A DNA stretch of 64,000 bases, from the NCBI GenBank assembly GCA_964575605.1, contig CAZNRN010000006.1, positions 6,849 through 70,848 on the forward strand, in the 5' to 3' direction. Source of the stretch: an uncultured Micavibrio sp. Lineage in GTDB: Bacteria > Pseudomonadota > Alphaproteobacteria > Micavibrionales > UBA2020. The notes under the pieces were generated by a model. That model had not been told where the DNA came from. It did no database searches and worked only from the letters and a program-made list of their open reading frames with translations. Within the stretch, counting starts at the first letter, position 1, and each line of letters opens with the position of its first letter. The translations under genes were made by a program, and so were the position numbers. Positions 60,834-64,000 of this stretch are shown piece after piece.

Positions 60834-62237
60834 GTGTTCAGCTATATCAGCACAAGGGGACAGGCCCCGCGCCTCGGCTTTGCCAATACCATGCTGGCGG
60901 GGCTGGCCGACGACGGCGGCCTCTATGTGCCCGAATTCTGCCCGAAAATAGAACTGCCCGAAATCGGCAACATGAACAGCCAGCGGTACCTTGAAATCGC
61001 GTGGCGCGTGATGCTGCCCTTTGTGTCCGACGATATCCCGTCGGAAGACCTTATCCGCCTGCTGCAGCGCGCCTACAAGAATTTCGATGACAAGGAAATT
61101 ACCCCGCTGCACCGCCTTGAAAACAACCTGTATGTACAGGAACTGTTCCACGGCCCCACGCTGGCCTTCAAGGATGTGGCGCTGCAGTTCCTCGGGCAGG
61201 TATTTGATTACATGCTGGCCAAGAAAAAAACGCGCGTGACGATTATCGGCGCGACCTCGGGCGATACGGGCTCCGCCGCTATCGAGGCGTTCCGCGGCAA
61301 GGACAACGCGGATATTTTCATTTTACACCCCAAGGGCCGCGTCTCCGACGTGCAGCGCCGCCAGATGACGACGGTGCTGGATAGCAACGTGCACAATATT
61401 GCGATCGAAGGCACCTTCGACGACTGCCAGAATATCGTAAAGGAACTGTTCAACGACCCGGTGTTCCGGCGCGAGATGCAGCTCTCGGCCATCAATTCCA
61501 TCAACTGGGCGCGTATCCTTGCGCAGGTGGTTTATTATTTCTACGCGGGCGCGCGCATCTATCACGGCATGGGAAAATCGCCCTGCTTCGCCGTGCCGTC
61601 CGGCAATTTCGGCAACGTCTATGCGGGCTATGTGGCGCAGTCGATGGGCTTGCCGGTCGATAAACTGCTGGTCTCCACCAACCGCAACGACATTCTGCAC
61701 CGCTTTATCCAGACGGGACAGATGAAGATGGAAGGCGTCAACCCGACGCTGAGCCCCAGCATGGATATACAGCAAAGCAGCAATTTCGAGCGGTTATTGT
61801 TCGACCTCTTCGGCCGCATGCCGAAGGCGGTCGAGCAGACCATGAAGCATTTCAACAAGGGCGGCCCCTTCCGCGTCGAACCGCAGATCATGCAGGGCGT
61901 GCATAAAATCTTCGCCAGCGGGCGGCTGGATGACCTCGAAACCATCGCGACGATTAAAAATATCTACGATAAATATAATTACATCGTCGACCCGCACACG
62001 GCCATCGGCCTCGGCGTCGCGCGCCGCCATCTGGACGAAAACCGAGATGCCGTGGTGGTCGCGCTGGCGACCGCGCATCCCGCCAAATTCCCCGACGCGG
62101 TAAAACGCGCCATCGGCATCGAACCCGCACTGCCCCCGCACCTCGCCGACCTGCACACGCGCGAAGAGCGCTGCACGACGCTGGAGAAGGATGCGGCGAA
62201 GGTGAAAGACTTTATGCGGGTGAATAAGAGGAAATAA
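60834..62237 (+). CDS. thrC: Threonine synthase
   Basis: YISTRG, GLADDGGLYVP, ELFHGPTLAFKD, ATSGDTGSAA, NSINWARI, VPSGNFGN, TAHPAKF. Confidence 0.98.
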   Translation: MFSYISTRGQAPRLGFANTMLAGLADDGGLYVPEFCPKIELPEIGNMNSQRYLEIAWRVMLPFVSDDIPSEDLIRLLQRAYKNFDDKEITPLHRLENNLYVQELFHGPTLAFKDVALQFLGQVFDYMLAKKKTRVTIIGATSGDTGSAAIEAFRGKDNADIFILHPKGRVSDVQRRQMTTVLDSNVHNIAIEGTFDDCQNIVKELFNDPVFRREMQLSAINSINWARILAQVVYYFYAGARIYHGMGKSPCFAVPSGNFGNVYAGYVAQSMGLPVDKLLVSTNRNDILHRFIQTGQMKMEGVNPTLSPSMDIQQSSNFERLLFDLFGRMPKAVEQTMKHFNKGGPFRVEPQIMQGVHKIFASGRLDDLETIATIKNIYDKYNYIVDPHTAIGLGVARRHLDENRDAVVVALATAHPAKFPDAVKRAIGIEPALPPHLADLHTREERCTTLEKDAAKVKDFMRVNKRK

Positions 62238-62268
62238 TGGGCAACTGTATGGCGCGCGTAAACGGCGT

Positions 62269-62375
62269 CCACCCCCGCCTTGTGCGGGGGTCCAAAAGCG
62301 CGTCCGCGCGTCTTGTAAGCCGGACTCATATGACGGCTGGACAGCCTTTTGGATGCCCGCACAAGGCGGGCATGG
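62269..62375. repeat. REP/REPIN-like palindromic element, copy 3 (107 bp, different loop and spacer)
   Basis: 30-bp terminal inverted repeats (62269-62298 / 62346-62375), 26/30 complementary; each arm is an 8-bp hairpin. Confidence 0.85.
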
Positions 62376-62393
62376 CGGAGAAGTGGGGCTAAA

Positions 62394-63479
62394 ATGAACC
62401 TCTATCCTCTCGCCCGCCCTTTCCTGATGAAGATGGACGCCGAGGAGGCGCACCGGCTGACGGTTAAATTGCTGAAAACCGGATTGGGGCCACGCCAGAA
62501 ACGTGATATCGCGCGGCTGCGCACAACGGTTTTCGGGCTGGATTTCGCCAATCCGCTGGGGCTTGCCGCGGGGTTTGATAAAGAGGCCGAGGTGATCGGC
62601 CCCCTGTTCAACATGGGCTTCGGCTTTGTCGAGGCGGGGACGGTGACGCCGAAACCGCAGGAGGGCAACCCGAAGCCCCGCGTCTTCCGCGACGCCGACA
62701 ACAAATCGGTCATCAACCGCATGGGTTTTCCGGGCGGGGGGTTGGATGTATTCGAACGCAACCTGAAGGAATATCTGAAACGCCCGCGTAAAGGCGTGCT
62801 GGGCGTGAATATCGGCGCGAACAAGGATGCGGTGTCGCGCATCGACGATTACCGGCAGGGCATCGAACGCCTTGCGCCGCTGGCCGATTATATCACCATC
62901 AATATTTCATCGCCCAATACCGCGGGCCTGCGCGATTTGCAGAAGCGGGACGAGCTGGATTTGCTGCTGGAGGCGTCTGTCGCCGCGCGTAACGCGGGGG
63001 CGAAGAAACCGCCGCTGCTGCTCAAAGTCGCGCCCGACCTCGATGACGCGCAGCGCGGCGCGATTGCGGAGCTGGTGCTGCAATATAAAATCGACGGCCT
63101 GATCGTTTCCAACACCACCATCACGCGGCCGCCGGAGCTGAAAGCGGAACTGAAAGAAGAAAAGGGCGGGCTCTCGGGCCTGCTGGTGCGCGACCTCTCG
63201 ACCGCGGTGCTGCATGATTTCTACGCGCGGCTGCAGGGCGTGGTGCCGATTGTAGGCGTGGGCGGGGTGTCATCGGCCGAGGACGCCTATGCGAAAATCC
63301 GCGCCGGTGCGGCGCTGGTGCAGATGTATACGGGGCTTATCTATGAAGGCCCTGCGGCCATTCCCAGAATTCTCGACGGGTTGGCCTTCCTGCTGAAACG
63401 CGACGGGTATGAGACTGTAGCCGAGGCCGTGGGCGCGGCGCATGCCACTGGCAAACATCCCGCGAAAGCGCTAGGGTAG
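62394..63479 (+). CDS. pyrD: Dihydroorotate dehydrogenase (quinone), class 2
   Basis: NPLGLAAGFDK, GTVTPKPQEGNPKPRVFR, INRMGF, INISSPNT.GLR, LLKVAPDL, NTT, GGLSG, VQMYTGLIYEGP. Confidence 0.97.
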   Translation: MNLYPLARPFLMKMDAEEAHRLTVKLLKTGLGPRQKRDIARLRTTVFGLDFANPLGLAAGFDKEAEVIGPLFNMGFGFVEAGTVTPKPQEGNPKPRVFRDADNKSVINRMGFPGGGLDVFERNLKEYLKRPRKGVLGVNIGANKDAVSRIDDYRQGIERLAPLADYITINISSPNTAGLRDLQKRDELDLLLEASVAARNAGAKKPPLLLKVAPDLDDAQRGAIAELVLQYKIDGLIVSNTTITRPPELKAELKEEKGGLSGLLVRDLSTAVLHDFYARLQGVVPIVGVGGVSSAEDAYAKIRAGAALVQMYTGLIYEGPAAIPRILDGLAFLLKRDGYETVAEAVGAAHATGKHPAKALG

Positions 63480-63483
63480 CGCC

Positions 63484-64000
63484 ATGGCCTCGCCGCAAAA
63501 ACAGGACGACGACAATATCGTGGATTTCACCCAGCTGCGCCGCCCCATGCCGGGGCAGCGCGCGGATTTCGGCAAGTATTTGTCGCTGAAGAACATCGTT
63601 ATCTTCCTTGGCGTGGTGACCTTCCTGATATTTTTGGGCTCGGTCGTTTCGGCGCGTATCGCGTTTTTGTTCGCGGCGCTGCTGGGGCTGTTCGGTCTGA
63701 TGCTGATGGAAATGTCGTCGCGCCGCGGCTGGGAGGCCAGCATCATGCAGCAGATGCAGCGCATGACCGGCGATTACGAACGCCTTGTGCGTGAAACCGC
63801 GCGCAACCGCAACGAAGTGACGCAGCTGAAAAAGATATTGTCGGAGGCCGGCGCCACCGCCGCCAAGCAGGGGCGGAGCCAGTCGCCCGATGTCGAGCAG
63901 CGCATGGTGCGGCACCTGGCCGAGCAGCTCTCCAAACTGGGCGAGGCCGCAGCGCCCGAGATGGAAGTGCAGGACAGCGCCTATGAAACCGGCGCGATAC
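63484..64000 (+). CDS. Partial membrane-anchored coiled-coil protein, truncated at the window end
   Basis: MASPQKQDDDNIVDF..., two TM helices then coiled coil; frame stays open to 64000. Confidence 0.7.
   Translation, partial: MASPQKQDDDNIVDFTQLRRPMPGQRADFGKYLSLKNIVIFLGVVTFLIFLGSVVSARIAFLFAALLGLFGLMLMEMSSRRGWEASIMQQMQRMTGDYERLVRETARNRNEVTQLKKILSEAGATAAKQGRSQSPDVEQRMVRHLAEQLSKLGEAAAPEMEVQDSAYETGAI

Overview
GC-rich alphaproteobacterial chromosome segment. The assignment rests on the gene orders coxB-coxA-ctaB-ctaG-coxC...surf1...thrC, rpmH-rnpA-yidD-yidC-engB and DUF2066-hdaA. The many orphan genes are compatible with a Micavibrio-like lineage, but this is not provable from the window. The backbone is housekeeping (alaS, ndk, sodC, hdaA, pfkA, tRNA-Arg(CCG), the rpmH-yidC cluster, the aa3 cytochrome oxidase operon, thrC, pyrD), interleaved with accessory modules. 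(1) A BcsA-like GT2 synthase with altered QxxRW and PilZ motifs, a BcsS-like beta-barrel and a Tat-exported FAD/[3Fe-4S] sugar dehydrogenase pair, with no BcsB/BcsZ/BcsC or cytochrome c subunit. (2) A two-gene unit whose second ORF has an N-terminal RelE/ParE-like domain fused to about 280 extra residues. (3) A Zrg-like metal ABC operon with a 73-aa His/acidic tract, headed by an apparently leaderless DUF2946/CruR-like leader ORF ending in TGPP. (4) A CecR-YbhGFS-like efflux operon with two ~106-bp REPIN-like elements and a distant TetR-type operator/promoter, separated from the regulator by two orphan ORFs beside the tRNA. (5) A four-gene islet (ankyrin protein, two paralogous HExxH proteins, orphan) between coxC and surf1. 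Seven signal-peptide-less accessory proteins share basic, Pro-rich C-terminal tails. Two orphan small ORFs have long structured leaders. No CRISPR array, integrase, transposase or rRNA was seen. All family assignments come from motif recognition by eye, not from database searches.
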